Below, piece after piece: positions 25,789 through 36,339 of a DNA stretch of 64,000 nucleotides (its first letter is position 1; the number at the start of each line of letters is the position of its first letter). The notes under the pieces were generated by a model. The model saw only the letters and a list, made by a program, of their open reading frames with translations, made no database searches and was not told where the DNA came from. The translations under genes were made by a program, and so were the position numbers. Source of the stretch: a virus (taxonomy: Duplodnaviria > Heunggongvirae > Uroviricota > Caudoviricetes > Crassvirales); IMG/VR virus record IMGVR_UViG_3300031952_000007, positions 14,504 to 78,503 of that record. One strand, 5' to 3'.

Positions 25789-26065
25789 AGGTTGGAGAAA
25801 CAATTTAGTTCCTCCTGCTCATATGAAAGAAGCAATTGAAACAGTTTCCAAAGAAAGAATGGACATATGCAGAAATTGTGTATGGTTCTCTGGGAATAGA
25901 AAGCTTATAGATGGATATAAGTCTATGAGACCTGATGAGCATTGTACGGATTGTGGATGTACATTGTCAGCTAAAACAAAATGCCTATCTTGCAGTTGTC
26001 CTAAAAGCAAATGGCTTGAGATAGCAGAAGATAGTATTGATGACGAGTTAAATGATTTAAAATGA
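25766..26065 (+). CDS. Cys-rich zinc-binding protein (99 aa)
   Basis: Cys clusters CRNC...HC, CTDCGC and CLSCSC. Confidence 0.45.
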   Translation: MNFKQIYEGWRNNLVPPAHMKEAIETVSKERMDICRNCVWFSGNRKLIDGYKSMRPDEHCTDCGCTLSAKTKCLSCSCPKSKWLEIAEDSIDDELNDLK

Positions 26066-26319
26066 TACATTCAGAAGGCAAGAACGAAGTAAGACTTCAA
26101 AAAATTCCCATTGGTGTTTTATTAGAAACTTTACAGGAGTTTTATGATAATGGCCTTGAGTATGTGGATATTATAGGAGTTCCTGGACAAGATCAAGATG
26201 TAATAGGTTTAGCCTTTACAGAAGATTATATGATGAAGGAAGAAGATATGCTTGAAGAAGAAGAAGATGATAATATAAACCCCGATTTGTCTGATGAAGA
26301 CTTAAACCAACTATTATGA
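26062..26319 (+). CDS. acidic hypothetical protein (85 aa)
   Basis: ATGA overlap; acidic C-terminus EEDMLEEEEDDNINPDLSDEDL. Confidence 0.45.
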   Translation: MIHSEGKNEVRLQKIPIGVLLETLQEFYDNGLEYVDIIGVPGQDQDVIGLAFTEDYMMKEEDMLEEEEDDNINPDLSDEDLNQLL

Positions 26320-26504
26320 ACCCAAACCAAACAACACAAGACGCATTTATGACAATTGAAAGGCTTGCTGCCTTATGTGCCACTCCTGGAATTACAGAAG
26401 ATACACAAGCAATTGCCAATACACAAATTCAAGCTCTCCTATCATCTGTGATAAAAGGAGCTGTAACAAAACTAACAGCAGCAGGAGCTGGAATTATTTC
26501 TTAA
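26316..26504 (+). CDS. hypothetical protein (62 aa)
   Basis: Small ORF, ATGA overlap. Confidence 0.35.
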   Translation: MNPNQTTQDAFMTIERLAALCATPGITEDTQAIANTQIQALLSSVIKGAVTKLTAAGAGIIS

Positions 26505-26514
26505 ATAGAAGAGA

Positions 26515-26796
26515 ATGAAGAGTACACATTATAATCAGGTGATACATATTCTCAATGAACTAAATAAAGCCTATCCTACATATAATGTAGGTAGACATTT
26601 ATCAACAGCATTGGATGGATATGGAGATGTATGGGGAATGACTAACAAAGAATTAGTATTTGCTTTAACAAAATATAAAAGTCAATTAGATGCAGATATT
26701 CCCCATAATGATGAATCTGATATAGATGATATTATTAAACAAGGAATGGATCTTGATAATATATTAAAGGAGGAGGATACAGATGGCTACAGCTAA
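26515..26796 (+). CDS. hypothetical protein (93 aa)
   Basis: Co-oriented ORF. Confidence 0.45.
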   Translation: MKSTHYNQVIHILNELNKAYPTYNVGRHLSTALDGYGDVWGMTNKELVFALTKYKSQLDADIPHNDESDIDDIIKQGMDLDNILKEEDTDGYS

Positions 26797-27115
26797 AAAA
26801 ACTACATACATTAATACAGAGCTTGATTGGGCAGAAGAACAATTGACATCATGGAGAGCATATGTCACTGCTAATCAACTACATGAATTAAAAGATAGGA
26901 TTGAATGGAAACCTACAGCTAAAGGAGGAATGCTTCCAATGGTGATAGCTTCTATTGAGTCTCAAGGTAAGTTTGTACAGGAAACAATGAAGAACTATCT
27001 ATCACTATTAGAAGTGGTGGAAAAGCTCAGAAGCTTAGAAGAGGCTAAAGTGGAGATTAGAGGTAAGGGAGAGATGAGCTCTATGGCTGAAGATTTCCTT
27101 AAAAACAGAAAATGA
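26783..27115 (+). CDS. hypothetical protein; possible small terminase subunit
   Basis: 110-aa ORF immediately upstream of, and translationally coupled (ATGA) to, the large terminase gene. Assigned by position only. Confidence 0.4.
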   Translation: MATAKKTTYINTELDWAEEQLTSWRAYVTANQLHELKDRIEWKPTAKGGMLPMVIASIESQGKFVQETMKNYLSLLEVVEKLRSLEEAKVEIRGKGEMSSMAEDFLKNRK

Positions 27116-29151
27116 TAGAACTACAAAGTATAGATTACAAGGATTGGTTTATAAATCAAAAGCGTATTCCTGACAAGGAAAGCCAAGAGCATAAACAATT
27201 CTTTGATTTTCATAAAGACCTGTGTATGAATGGGGCTATGATGGATGGGGTGTATATTAACCCTTTCCTATATTGGCATTTAAACATATGGCATACAGAG
27301 GTGGATATTATAGATGATAGGGGAAGGATTAATCAGAAGTATGCCAATCCCTATCTTAGAGATAATGAATGGGTGGTAACAAATGAAATTGACAGGGCAC
27401 AACAAGAAAGAAAAGGTTTAGTTATTCTTGGTATACGAAGGTTTGCTAAGAGTGTTATTGAAGCATCTTATATAGGACTTGGGGCAACATTTGATGAGAA
27501 CTCCCAGAACATCATTGCAGGCTTAAATGCGCCCGATATTAAGTTGATTACAGATAAGATCGATAAGGGATTAAACTTTCTTCCTGAGGCTTGGAGGTGG
27601 CAAAGAATTGAAGATAACTGGAAGAACCAGGTTACATTAGGAATTAAGACAAGAGCAGGTGAAAGGATTCCCTTTTCACAGATTCTAATACGAAATTTAG
27701 ACGAGGGTAATAATGAAGAGGCTATCGCAGGTACCAAGCCTCGTAGGCTTATTATAGATGAGATCGGTAAGGGTAACTTTTTAAGAGGTTTACAAGCTGC
27801 CACTCCAGGTTTTACCACACCATTTGGATGGGGTTGTTCTCCAATCCTTACAGGTACAGGTGGTGATATGAAGAAGTTTATGGATGCAAAGAGCTTGATG
27901 TTCGATGTGGACAACTTTAACTTTCTTACATATAATAATGAGAAGGATGATAAGAGAATCCATGGACTGTTTATATCACATAAATATAGAATGGAAGCTA
28001 AAGAATCTTCCACTCTTGGAGCGTTCCTAGACAAGCCGAAAGATTCTGATCTACATAATATAGCAATGCTTGTTAGTAATCAGGAAAAAGCTGATAAAAT
28101 AACAAATGAGAACCTGGCCAGACTTAAAAAAGCTGGAGATAGAGTGGCTTATTTAAAAGAGAAGATGTACTACCCACAAGAGGTAGATGATATCTTCTTG
28201 AACGAAGACACAAACATCTTTGATATAGAATCTGCCAAGAGACAGAAAACAAGGCTCTTACAGCAGGAAAGAACAGGCACACCTGTTATTCTATTTCATG
28301 ATGGTGAAAAGATCTCTCATGAGTTTACAGATAAACAAGCTATATCAAACTTCCCTTTAAAAAATAGTGATCTTAAAGATGCTCCTGTAATTGTATATGA
28401 ATTCCCTGTAGAAAATCCTCCTTATGGATTGTATGTAGCTGGAGTCGATCCTTACAGACAAGGTAAGGCTGCATATAGTTCTTCATTAGGATCTGTATAT
28501 GTATATAAGAGAATGCATGATCTCACTGGTGAGAAATATCAAGATATGTTTGTAGCTTCTTATTGTGCAAGACCTGATAAGAAGGAAGTGTGGGAAGAAC
28601 AAGCTAGATTTCTTATTAAGTTCTTTAATGCTAGAACACTTTGTGAGAATGATGATATATCCTTTATTGAATATATGAAAGCTAAGGGTGATGCGCATTA
28701 TCTTGAGAAACAACCTCAATGGCTAATGGAGATTGTTCCCAACACCACTGTAAAAAGAGAATATGGTGTACATAGAAGTTCTTCCAAGATAATTGATTAT
28801 CTTCACAACTGTTTGAAGAAGTATATGGAGGAAATTATATATACAGAGAAGGATGATGCTGGTAATATTATAAGAGAACAAGCAGGAGTGAGTAAGATAT
28901 TTGATCCTGTACTACTTGAAGAGATTATACAATATAACGATTCAGGTAACTTTGATAGAATTGTAGCAGCAGAACTAGCTATTGCTCAAGCACTTAGGAT
29001 GGACCCTATTATGGGTAGAGTTGGAGGAAGTGGGGATGATAGAGTGACATCCTTATATTCAGGTAAACGAAAAGGTAATACACTATTTTCTGAATCATCA
29101 ACAGGTTTGTTTGGTGGAAATAATAAACAAAAAAGTAAACTTTTTTTATAA
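27112..29151 (+). CDS. terminase large subunit
   Basis: Deviant Walker A GLVILGIRRFAKSV, Walker B RRLIIDEIG, and a C-terminal RNase H-like nuclease region (VAGVDPYRQGKAAYSSSLGSVYVY); 679 aa. Confidence 0.65.
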   Translation: MIELQSIDYKDWFINQKRIPDKESQEHKQFFDFHKDLCMNGAMMDGVYINPFLYWHLNIWHTEVDIIDDRGRINQKYANPYLRDNEWVVTNEIDRAQQERKGLVILGIRRFAKSVIEASYIGLGATFDENSQNIIAGLNAPDIKLITDKIDKGLNFLPEAWRWQRIEDNWKNQVTLGIKTRAGERIPFSQILIRNLDEGNNEEAIAGTKPRRLIIDEIGKGNFLRGLQAATPGFTTPFGWGCSPILTGTGGDMKKFMDAKSLMFDVDNFNFLTYNNEKDDKRIHGLFISHKYRMEAKESSTLGAFLDKPKDSDLHNIAMLVSNQEKADKITNENLARLKKAGDRVAYLKEKMYYPQEVDDIFLNEDTNIFDIESAKRQKTRLLQQERTGTPVILFHDGEKISHEFTDKQAISNFPLKNSDLKDAPVIVYEFPVENPPYGLYVAGVDPYRQGKAAYSSSLGSVYVYKRMHDLTGEKYQDMFVASYCARPDKKEVWEEQARFLIKFFNARTLCENDDISFIEYMKAKGDAHYLEKQPQWLMEIVPNTTVKREYGVHRSSSKIIDYLHNCLKKYMEEIIYTEKDDAGNIIREQAGVSKIFDPVLLEEIIQYNDSGNFDRIVAAELAIAQALRMDPIMGRVGGSGDDRVTSLYSGKRKGNTLFSESSTGLFGGNNKQKSKLFL

Positions 29152-31739
29152 TGGCAATAATTAGATATACAAAAGATGCTACGATACGGTATGCCTACCT
29201 TAACATCTTTCCAGATCAATTCAAAACTGATAAAGAAAAACAAGATGAGAGTTGGGTTAAGAATACAATGGATTATTTTGCGAATAAAGCTTATGCTGAA
29301 TATGTAAAGAGTAGAGATACGTTTGTAAAAAACTATGATCTTGTGAAAGGTATTCTTCGTATGGAGGATTTCTATCAAGAGCCACAGGTTAAGAGTTTTA
29401 CACAAATGCTAGAAACTGATCTTAAGCTTCCAGCTCACGTCAAACATTATTCTATTCTCACTACCCCTATTAATGAATTAGTAGGAGAGATATCCAAAAG
29501 ACCTGATGCATTTAGAGTGAAAGCTTTTGATGATGATAGTCAAGCTGAAGAGTTACAGTTTAAGACAGAACTCTTACAGAAATACGTATTACAAGAAGCC
29601 AAAGAAAAGATATTACAGAAAGCTGCAATGGATGGTCAGGAAATTTCTGAAGAGGATTTGCAGAAGATGACTATGGAAGAAGTGAAGGATGAATTAGATG
29701 ATTATACATCTGTAGCTGAAAAATGGGCTAATCATATCCTTACATGTCAAAAAGCTGAATTTAATTTAAAAGAAAAAAGTGAAGATGCCTTCAGAGATAT
29801 GCTAATCTCTGCAAGAGAATTTTATCATATATATGAAGACAACTCAAAACTTGGATTTAACATCGAAGTTGCTAATCCAAAGAATACATGGTTTCTCACA
29901 ACTCCTGATAGAAAGTACATCTCTGATCCTACAGGTAGAGCTCAAGGAGCCTATGCAGCTGGTACAGTGCAAGTTATGGAACTTTCAGAAATCATTGAAA
30001 GCATTCCAGACCTCTCAAAAGAAGAAATAGATCATCTTAGATCTTCACTTCAAGATTATGGATTGATTAATGTACGTGAATCTAATCTTGGTAATCCAGA
30101 TGTTACTCCTGGTAATGACTCTGTACAATATGACACTTTTGATCCTCTTGTGTTACAGACACGTATGATTATTGAAAGTGAAATGAAAAATAACGATGAT
30201 GGTCTTCAAGATTTCTTGGGATTAACATCTAACGTTTCTTCTTTTGGTTATAAGTATGTAGTGGTAAGATGTTATTGGATTTCTAAGAAGAAGATTGGTA
30301 AACTCATTTACATAGATGAAATGGGTAATGAACAATCTCTTATTGTAGATGAAACATATAAGTCTAATACAATCCCTACACAACAATCATTAGAATGGGG
30401 ATGGGTTAATGAATGGTATCAAGGAACAAAGATTGGTCCAGACATCTACTTTATCAAACCATATAAATTATTAAACTATTGCCCTATTATAGGCATTACA
30501 CATGAGATTAAGAATACAGAAGCTAAGTCTTTGGTAGATCTTATGAAACCTTTCCAAGTGTTGTATAATGTTTGTATGAATCAACTTTATAAATTACTTG
30601 AGAAAGAAGTTGGTAAGGTTTATCTTACATCTATCAGACACATTCCTATTCCTAAAGATGGTGATTCACAAGATGCATTAGATGTATGGGAAATGGAAGC
30701 ACGTAACAGAGGTGTGATGTTTATTGATGACTCTCCAGAGAATCTTAAGAGTCCTTCTTCATTTAACCAGTTTAGAGATATTGATCTTACAAGAACCCAA
30801 GAAATTCAATCTCGTTATCAATTAGCTATGCAATTGAAGAATGAGTGTTGGGAATTAGTTGGTATGTCTAAGCAAAGAATGGGATCTGTATCAGCTAGTG
30901 AGTCTGCTACAGGAACAAATACAGCAATACAACAAAGTTATTCTCAAACAGAACCTTTGTTTGTTGCTCACGAATATGTATTAGGCCAGCTCTATCAAGC
31001 AATTATTGATGCTGCTTTATATACAGAAAGTAAAAAACCACAATCAACTTTGTCTTATATTACAAACGCAGGAGAATCTGCATTTGTACAAGTGAATGGT
31101 GATGATCTTAAGTTTAGAGATCTTAAAGTGTTCTTAACTAATAGACCAGAAGATAAGAAAGCATTTGATGAAATCAGAGCTCTGTCACAAGCTGTTATTC
31201 AAAATGGTGGAAGTCTTCATGATGTTATTGAATTGTATTCTACAAACTCTATTAGACAAATGAAGAAAGTGTTTAAGACACTTAAAGAAAGACAAGAGGA
31301 AATGCAAGAGAGACAACAGCAAATGCAAGAACAACAGCAACAAGCTGCTCAAGAGCAACAACAACAACAAATTGCCCAAGCTCAACAAATACATGAACAA
31401 CAACTAGCTCATGATGATTACCAAGCAGAGCTTGACAGAATTAATAAAAAAGAGATTGCTCTTATTAATGCTGAATCAAAAGGTGTAGGTCTTCCTGATG
31501 TTGATCAGAATGCTGTACCAGATGTTTTAGAAATGACAAAGATTTCTAATGATCAATCTAAAGCTGCCAAGGATTATCAAATGAAGATGATGGATATTCA
31601 ATCTAAGAGCAAACAAGCTATGGATAAAATGTCATTAGAAAGAGAAAAGTTACAAGTGGCTAGAGAGAATCAAGCTAATGATCTTGCTGTTGCTAAAGAG
31701 AATGCCAAAGGGCGTAATTCATCTAAAAAATCTAAATAA
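29151..31739 (+). CDS. putative portal protein (862 aa) with Gln-rich coiled-coil C-terminus
   Basis: Follows the large terminase with a TAATG overlap. C-terminus reads QEEMQERQQQMQEQQQQAAQEQQQQQIAQAQQIHEQQ. Assigned by position and size only. Confidence 0.45.
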   Translation: MAIIRYTKDATIRYAYLNIFPDQFKTDKEKQDESWVKNTMDYFANKAYAEYVKSRDTFVKNYDLVKGILRMEDFYQEPQVKSFTQMLETDLKLPAHVKHYSILTTPINELVGEISKRPDAFRVKAFDDDSQAEELQFKTELLQKYVLQEAKEKILQKAAMDGQEISEEDLQKMTMEEVKDELDDYTSVAEKWANHILTCQKAEFNLKEKSEDAFRDMLISAREFYHIYEDNSKLGFNIEVANPKNTWFLTTPDRKYISDPTGRAQGAYAAGTVQVMELSEIIESIPDLSKEEIDHLRSSLQDYGLINVRESNLGNPDVTPGNDSVQYDTFDPLVLQTRMIIESEMKNNDDGLQDFLGLTSNVSSFGYKYVVVRCYWISKKKIGKLIYIDEMGNEQSLIVDETYKSNTIPTQQSLEWGWVNEWYQGTKIGPDIYFIKPYKLLNYCPIIGITHEIKNTEAKSLVDLMKPFQVLYNVCMNQLYKLLEKEVGKVYLTSIRHIPIPKDGDSQDALDVWEMEARNRGVMFIDDSPENLKSPSSFNQFRDIDLTRTQEIQSRYQLAMQLKNECWELVGMSKQRMGSVSASESATGTNTAIQQSYSQTEPLFVAHEYVLGQLYQAIIDAALYTESKKPQSTLSYITNAGESAFVQVNGDDLKFRDLKVFLTNRPEDKKAFDEIRALSQAVIQNGGSLHDVIELYSTNSIRQMKKVFKTLKERQEEMQERQQQMQEQQQQAAQEQQQQQIAQAQQIHEQQLAHDDYQAELDRINKKEIALINAESKGVGLPDVDQNAVPDVLEMTKISNDQSKAAKDYQMKMMDIQSKSKQAMDKMSLEREKLQVARENQANDLAVAKENAKGRNSSKKSK

Positions 31740-32269
31740 TGTTTGATAAGCTAATTGATTTTATAATAAAGTTTTGGGAAGATCTTCTCCCTGTCATAAT
31801 TATTCCTTCTTATGAGGAAGCAGTTATGCTTAGGTGTGGAAAATTTAAAAAAATCTTATATTCAGGAATGCATTTCAAAGCTCCCTTTGTAGATGAGATT
31901 ATAAGACAACATGTTGTAACTACAACACTTAGTCTTCCTTCACAATCTTTATATACAATTGATAAACAAAACATTGTAGTAAAAGGGGTTATTAAATATA
32001 AGATTGCTGATGTTAAAACATTTCTATTGGAAGTATTTGATGCTACAGATGCTTTATCAGACATGACAACAAGCATTATAAAAAATGTTATTATGTCTAA
32101 ATCTCTTGAAGATTGTGTAGATCCAGATATAGATAACCTTCTTACAAAAAAAGTTAGAGTGGAAGCAAGGAAATGGGGAGTGGATGTTCAACAGTTAACG
32201 CTTACAGATATTGCACCAATTAGGACATATAGACTGATTAGTGACTATTATAATAACCTTCTTGGTTAA
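31739..32269 (+). CDS. hypothetical protein (176 aa)
   Basis: TAATG-coupled to the portal candidate. Confidence 0.5.
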   Translation: MFDKLIDFIIKFWEDLLPVIIIPSYEEAVMLRCGKFKKILYSGMHFKAPFVDEIIRQHVVTTTLSLPSQSLYTIDKQNIVVKGVIKYKIADVKTFLLEVFDATDALSDMTTSIIKNVIMSKSLEDCVDPDIDNLLTKKVRVEARKWGVDVQQLTLTDIAPIRTYRLISDYYNNLLG

Positions 32270-32392
32270 TGTAGGAAATGTTAATGCTATATTATCCACA
32301 ATATTAGACTATATAGTGCATTATCTCTTTGCTAGTAATATATTATAATATACTTTTACACCACTAATAAACCAATAAAAATACAACTACAT

Positions 32393-33631
32393 ATGGCTGA
32401 CAATTTAGAAACTCCATCATTTGGAAACTTTAGTATTGAAAATACTATGGGAATGGGAAGCTCAGAACTACTAAGTGATCTGATGTCTCCTGAAACTTCA
32501 ACAAGTAGTCCTGAAGATATTAAAGATTTAACACCAGAAGATAAAGCTCCAAAAGCTGAATCTAAGAAAGCTCCTATAGCTTCTGAAGAAGAAACTGAAA
32601 AAGCTGAACCTACTTTATCTATTCAAGATTTTTTATCAGGTGGTGCAGATGATGATGATGAAGAAGAGGAAACAATAACTCCTACTAAAACAAAAACTCC
32701 AACTGCTGAACAACAATCTTCTGATAATGAAGAAGAAGAAGTTGAAGTTAGTAGATTTGAAGCTCTTTCAAATGATTTATTTAAACTTGGAGTTTTCTCT
32801 AAGGATGAAGATGATGAGGATGAAGTAGCAATCACTACCCCTGAAGAGTTTCTAGAAAGATTTAATGCTGAGAAGAAGAAGGGAGCAATTGAAGTGGTAA
32901 ATAACTTCATTGGTCAATTTGGAGAAGATTATCAACAAGCATTTGATGCCATATTTGTAAAAGGAGTTGATCCAAAAGAATATTTTGGTACATACAATAA
33001 TATAGAAAGCTTTACAAACCTTGATCTTTCTGAAGAGAATAATCAAGTGGCAATTTTAAAGCAAGCATTAACAGATCAAGGTTTTGATCCAGAAGATGTA
33101 ACAACTGAAATTGAAAGACTTAAGAACTACGGTGATCTTGAAAGTGTAGCTGCTAAACATCATAAAGTTCTAATTAAGAAAGAAGCTGCAAAGCTTCAGA
33201 AATTAGAACAAGATAATGAAAAAGCATTGCAACAAAAAGCAGCCATTAAGAACCAATACGTAAGTAATGTTCAAAATGTTCTTCAAGAAAAATTAAAGAC
33301 AAAAGAATTTGATGGTATTCCCATCAATCCAAAATTAGCTAGTGAGTTACAAGATTTTTTACTAGTTGATAAATATAAAACACCATCAGGTGAAACACTT
33401 ACAGACTTTGATAGAACTATTTTAGATCTTAAAAGACCTGAGAATCACGAATCAAAAGTAAAGGTTGCTTTACTATTGAAGATTTTAGAAAAAGATCCTA
33501 CACTTTCTACTATACAGAAAACAGGACTCTCTAAAAAATCTAATGATTTATTTAGTGAAGTAGCAAGACAAGTAAGTAAAAGTTCAAACAAGTCAGGAGG
33601 TAAGTCTCAACCTACTTCTTGGTTCTCATAA
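32393..33631 (+). CDS. acidic protein, probable scaffolding protein
   Basis: Very acidic with low-complexity N-terminal half (GGADDDDEEEETITP..., DNEEEEVEV) and Lys/Glu-rich helical C-terminal half; sits immediately upstream of the capsid gene. Confidence 0.45.
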   Translation: MADNLETPSFGNFSIENTMGMGSSELLSDLMSPETSTSSPEDIKDLTPEDKAPKAESKKAPIASEEETEKAEPTLSIQDFLSGGADDDDEEEETITPTKTKTPTAEQQSSDNEEEEVEVSRFEALSNDLFKLGVFSKDEDDEDEVAITTPEEFLERFNAEKKKGAIEVVNNFIGQFGEDYQQAFDAIFVKGVDPKEYFGTYNNIESFTNLDLSEENNQVAILKQALTDQGFDPEDVTTEIERLKNYGDLESVAAKHHKVLIKKEAAKLQKLEQDNEKALQQKAAIKNQYVSNVQNVLQEKLKTKEFDGIPINPKLASELQDFLLVDKYKTPSGETLTDFDRTILDLKRPENHESKVKVALLLKILEKDPTLSTIQKTGLSKKSNDLFSEVARQVSKSSNKSGGKSQPTSWFS

Positions 33632-33663
33632 ACATTTAAATAATAATTTAAACTATAACAAAA

Positions 33664-35217
33664 ATGGCAATTCAAACAGTTCCAGGTTTAACTGGATTTA
33701 CCTATGCAAGGGTAGCATCTATGGACAAACGTGCTGTAGGTAAGTTGACTGATTCCAATCACTTGGAAAGCTTTCACTCTACTGAACCAGCAGATTATGA
33801 TAAGAAAATTATCAGTCTATATACCCAAAGTTCTTTGTACAGCAATGACTTCTTGGACATGATTAACAAGAGCACTCCTTATTACATTGATAATAATAGT
33901 GACGCTTGGAAATGGCAAGTTGCAGTTCCTTACAAATTTCCTAAGATTATTGACATTCCTAACACTACTATTGCTTTGAACAAGCCTGGTATTGATGGTC
34001 AAGAGTTTTCTCTTGTTCTTGATACTAACGAGTTCTCTAAGAATGCAATTGTTTCTGTAGGTTCTCGTCAATACGGTCCTCGTTTTTATGTAATTAAAGA
34101 TCCTCAACCTTGGAATGCAGGTTTCTTGTATACCTTCACTTTAGTTACTGATAACCCCACTGTTGATTTCGTAAGTTCTACTTTCTTACAACATGGTATT
34201 GAATTAGAATTAGTTGATGCTGCTATTGGTGAATTCGATCAAGATCTTTTGGGTCTTCCTCGTTTGGGTGAACAAATCACAATGTTTGAATCTTTGGGTT
34301 CTGCATATGGTTATGAGCACAAGATCACTGAATGGGCTGATGATAAAATGATGGTTGATGCTTCTGGCAAACCTCTTGATATTTTGGTATATGCTCCTCA
34401 ACGTAGAGGTCAATTACCTTTAACTCGTAATGATGTTAAATGGGAACCATTCATTGAGTTCTGGATGCGTAAATCAATGTTGGAATTAAAAGTTAAACGT
34501 ATGATCTGGAGTAAACCAGGTACCGTTAAAACTAATGGTGGTAAACAAGAATTGAAGCGTACATCTGCTGGTGTTTACCACAGAATGCGTAACAATGGTA
34601 ACTTGGTACAATACAATCGTGGTGAGTTCTCTGCTAACTTGATTCGTTCTGTATTTGGTGATCTTTTCTATCGCAGGGTAGATGTTAAAGATCGTAAGGT
34701 TAAAATGTACACTAATGAAGCTGGGTTTGATGTATTTCAACAAGCTTTGAAGAATGATGCATTGAACAGTGGTCTTACTTTCATGGCTGATTCTGGTAAT
34801 CGTTACATGCAAGGTGAAGGTCAACATATTACTTATAACTTTGCATTTGATGCAATGGTTACTCGTGAGACTGGTCGTGTTGAATTGATTCACTTGAAAG
34901 AGTTGGATCTTCCACAATCAAATCTTGAATTTGGTCAAAACAAAAAATCAACTCCAGTATTTATGGTGTTTGATGTTAGTCCAATGAGTGATGGTTCAAT
35001 GATCAACAACATTCGTGAAGTAAGAATGAAAGGTGCTCCTTCAATGACTTGGGGTTATATTGATGGTACTCGTCATCACTTAGGTTTTGCTAAATCTCAA
35101 GGTATGTCTAGTGCTAACAAATTCCCTGGATATGAAATTTGGATGAAAGATCGTTGTGATGTATTCATCGAAGATTTATCTCGCACAGTTTTGATCGAAG
35201 AGATTCCTCAATTCTAA
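33664..35217 (+). CDS. major capsid protein (517 aa)
   Basis: Strongly biased codon usage (cgt, ggt, gct, tct, act) unlike its neighbours, as for a very highly expressed gene; follows the scaffold-like gene; strong terminator directly downstream. Confidence 0.55.
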   Translation: MAIQTVPGLTGFTYARVASMDKRAVGKLTDSNHLESFHSTEPADYDKKIISLYTQSSLYSNDFLDMINKSTPYYIDNNSDAWKWQVAVPYKFPKIIDIPNTTIALNKPGIDGQEFSLVLDTNEFSKNAIVSVGSRQYGPRFYVIKDPQPWNAGFLYTFTLVTDNPTVDFVSSTFLQHGIELELVDAAIGEFDQDLLGLPRLGEQITMFESLGSAYGYEHKITEWADDKMMVDASGKPLDILVYAPQRRGQLPLTRNDVKWEPFIEFWMRKSMLELKVKRMIWSKPGTVKTNGGKQELKRTSAGVYHRMRNNGNLVQYNRGEFSANLIRSVFGDLFYRRVDVKDRKVKMYTNEAGFDVFQQALKNDALNSGLTFMADSGNRYMQGEGQHITYNFAFDAMVTRETGRVELIHLKELDLPQSNLEFGQNKKSTPVFMVFDVSPMSDGSMINNIREVRMKGAPSMTWGYIDGTRHHLGFAKSQGMSSANKFPGYEIWMKDRCDVFIEDLSRTVLIEEIPQF

Positions 35218-35232
35218 TAACAAAATCCTACC

Positions 35233-35280
35233 AAGAAGGGCTTCCTTTATCTCCTACCTTAGGAAGCCCTTCTTAAATTA
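35233..35280 (+). terminator. strong stem-loop terminator after the capsid gene
   Basis: Perfect 13-bp stem aagaagggcttcc / ggaagcccttctt followed by an A/T-rich run. Confidence 0.6.
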
Positions 35281-35370
35281 TACCTACAGATGATTGGATT
35301 GGGGTGTCTCCCAATTGCTGGTCTTTCAATAGACATTCATCTGCTAATAAAACCAAAAAAATAACTACAT

Positions 35371-36339
35371 ATGGGCAAGCTTGGAAAAATTTCCACATTA
35401 AAGAAAGAGTATAATAACTCTCAGTTACAAACTATGCAAGGTGGACTTGCAACTAAAGGTTTAACTAGAATTCCTGGTACAGGTGTATTTAAATATCCAT
35501 ATAAAGAATTGGATGGTCAATACAGGACTGGATTAGATCCTCATGCTAATTATATTAGAAGAATTCAAGATCCTCTTGAAAAAGAAATGGAAATTGAAAG
35601 GGTTACAGAATTACGTAAGAAACTTGAATATGCTCTTGGAGGAGTTGATCTTGGACCACGTTCTTTATTTTGGAACTATGGTTTATCTAAATCAACAGAT
35701 GATCAAATGCATGTACAACCAGTTAAATTATTAGATGGTGATAACTACTTTGATTTAGCTATTCCTTTTCAAGAATTAGCTTTTGCATGGCTTAGGGTAA
35801 ATCCAACAATTGCATCTTCCTATCAAGCATGGGAAAGAGGTGATTTTCCTGCAGATACTCAATTCTATGTAGCAGATGATGAAATTGAAAATGCAGTTAT
35901 ATTTAAAAAGAAACAATTGATCAATAAAGCAATTAGCAAATTTGATTCAATGACACCAGAGAAGAAGAAAAAAGTTGCAAGACTTTTAGGTCTTCCTGTT
36001 ACAGATAATAGTAAAGAAGAAGTTGTTTACAATTTAGTAGATAACATGCTTAAAGAAACTGAATTTAAAGGTGGTAAATACCAAGGTCTTTCAACTGTAG
36101 AAGTATTTAATAGATTTGCAGACATGAAAGAAAACTTGCTCCATATTAAAGATCTTGTTAAACAAGCAATTACACATTCTGTATATAGAGTAAAACCAAA
36201 TGGTAGAATCTATGAAGGTGAATTTGAAATTGCTGTTGATGAAGATGCATTAATTAAGTTCCTTGCTGATGATGATAACCAAGATGAATTATTAACATTA
36301 GAAGGAAAATTGAAAACTAAAAAAATTGCTTCTGTATGA
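35371..36339 (+). CDS. structural-module hypothetical protein (322 aa)
   Basis: Co-oriented ORF; its start context AACTACATATG is shared with 32393. Confidence 0.55.
   Translation: MGKLGKISTLKKEYNNSQLQTMQGGLATKGLTRIPGTGVFKYPYKELDGQYRTGLDPHANYIRRIQDPLEKEMEIERVTELRKKLEYALGGVDLGPRSLFWNYGLSKSTDDQMHVQPVKLLDGDNYFDLAIPFQELAFAWLRVNPTIASSYQAWERGDFPADTQFYVADDEIENAVIFKKKQLINKAISKFDSMTPEKKKKVARLLGLPVTDNSKEEVVYNLVDNMLKETEFKGGKYQGLSTVEVFNRFADMKENLLHIKDLVKQAITHSVYRVKPNGRIYEGEFEIAVDEDALIKFLADDDNQDELLTLEGKLKTKKIASV

Noticed and set aside
25766-26065. Possible HNH endonuclease
   Set aside because: The Cys pairs are there, but no His-Asn-His spacing typical of the HNH beta-beta-alpha core; called only a zinc-binding protein.
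27468-28034. 188-aa minus-strand ORF inside the large terminase gene (also 28486..28719, 28986..29405, 31185..31403, 32623..32910, 33817..34917 antisense ORFs)
   Set aside because: Antisense to strongly supported plus-strand structural genes. Several are Leu/Ser homopolymer-like translations of the complementary strand of acidic or Gln-rich coding regions.
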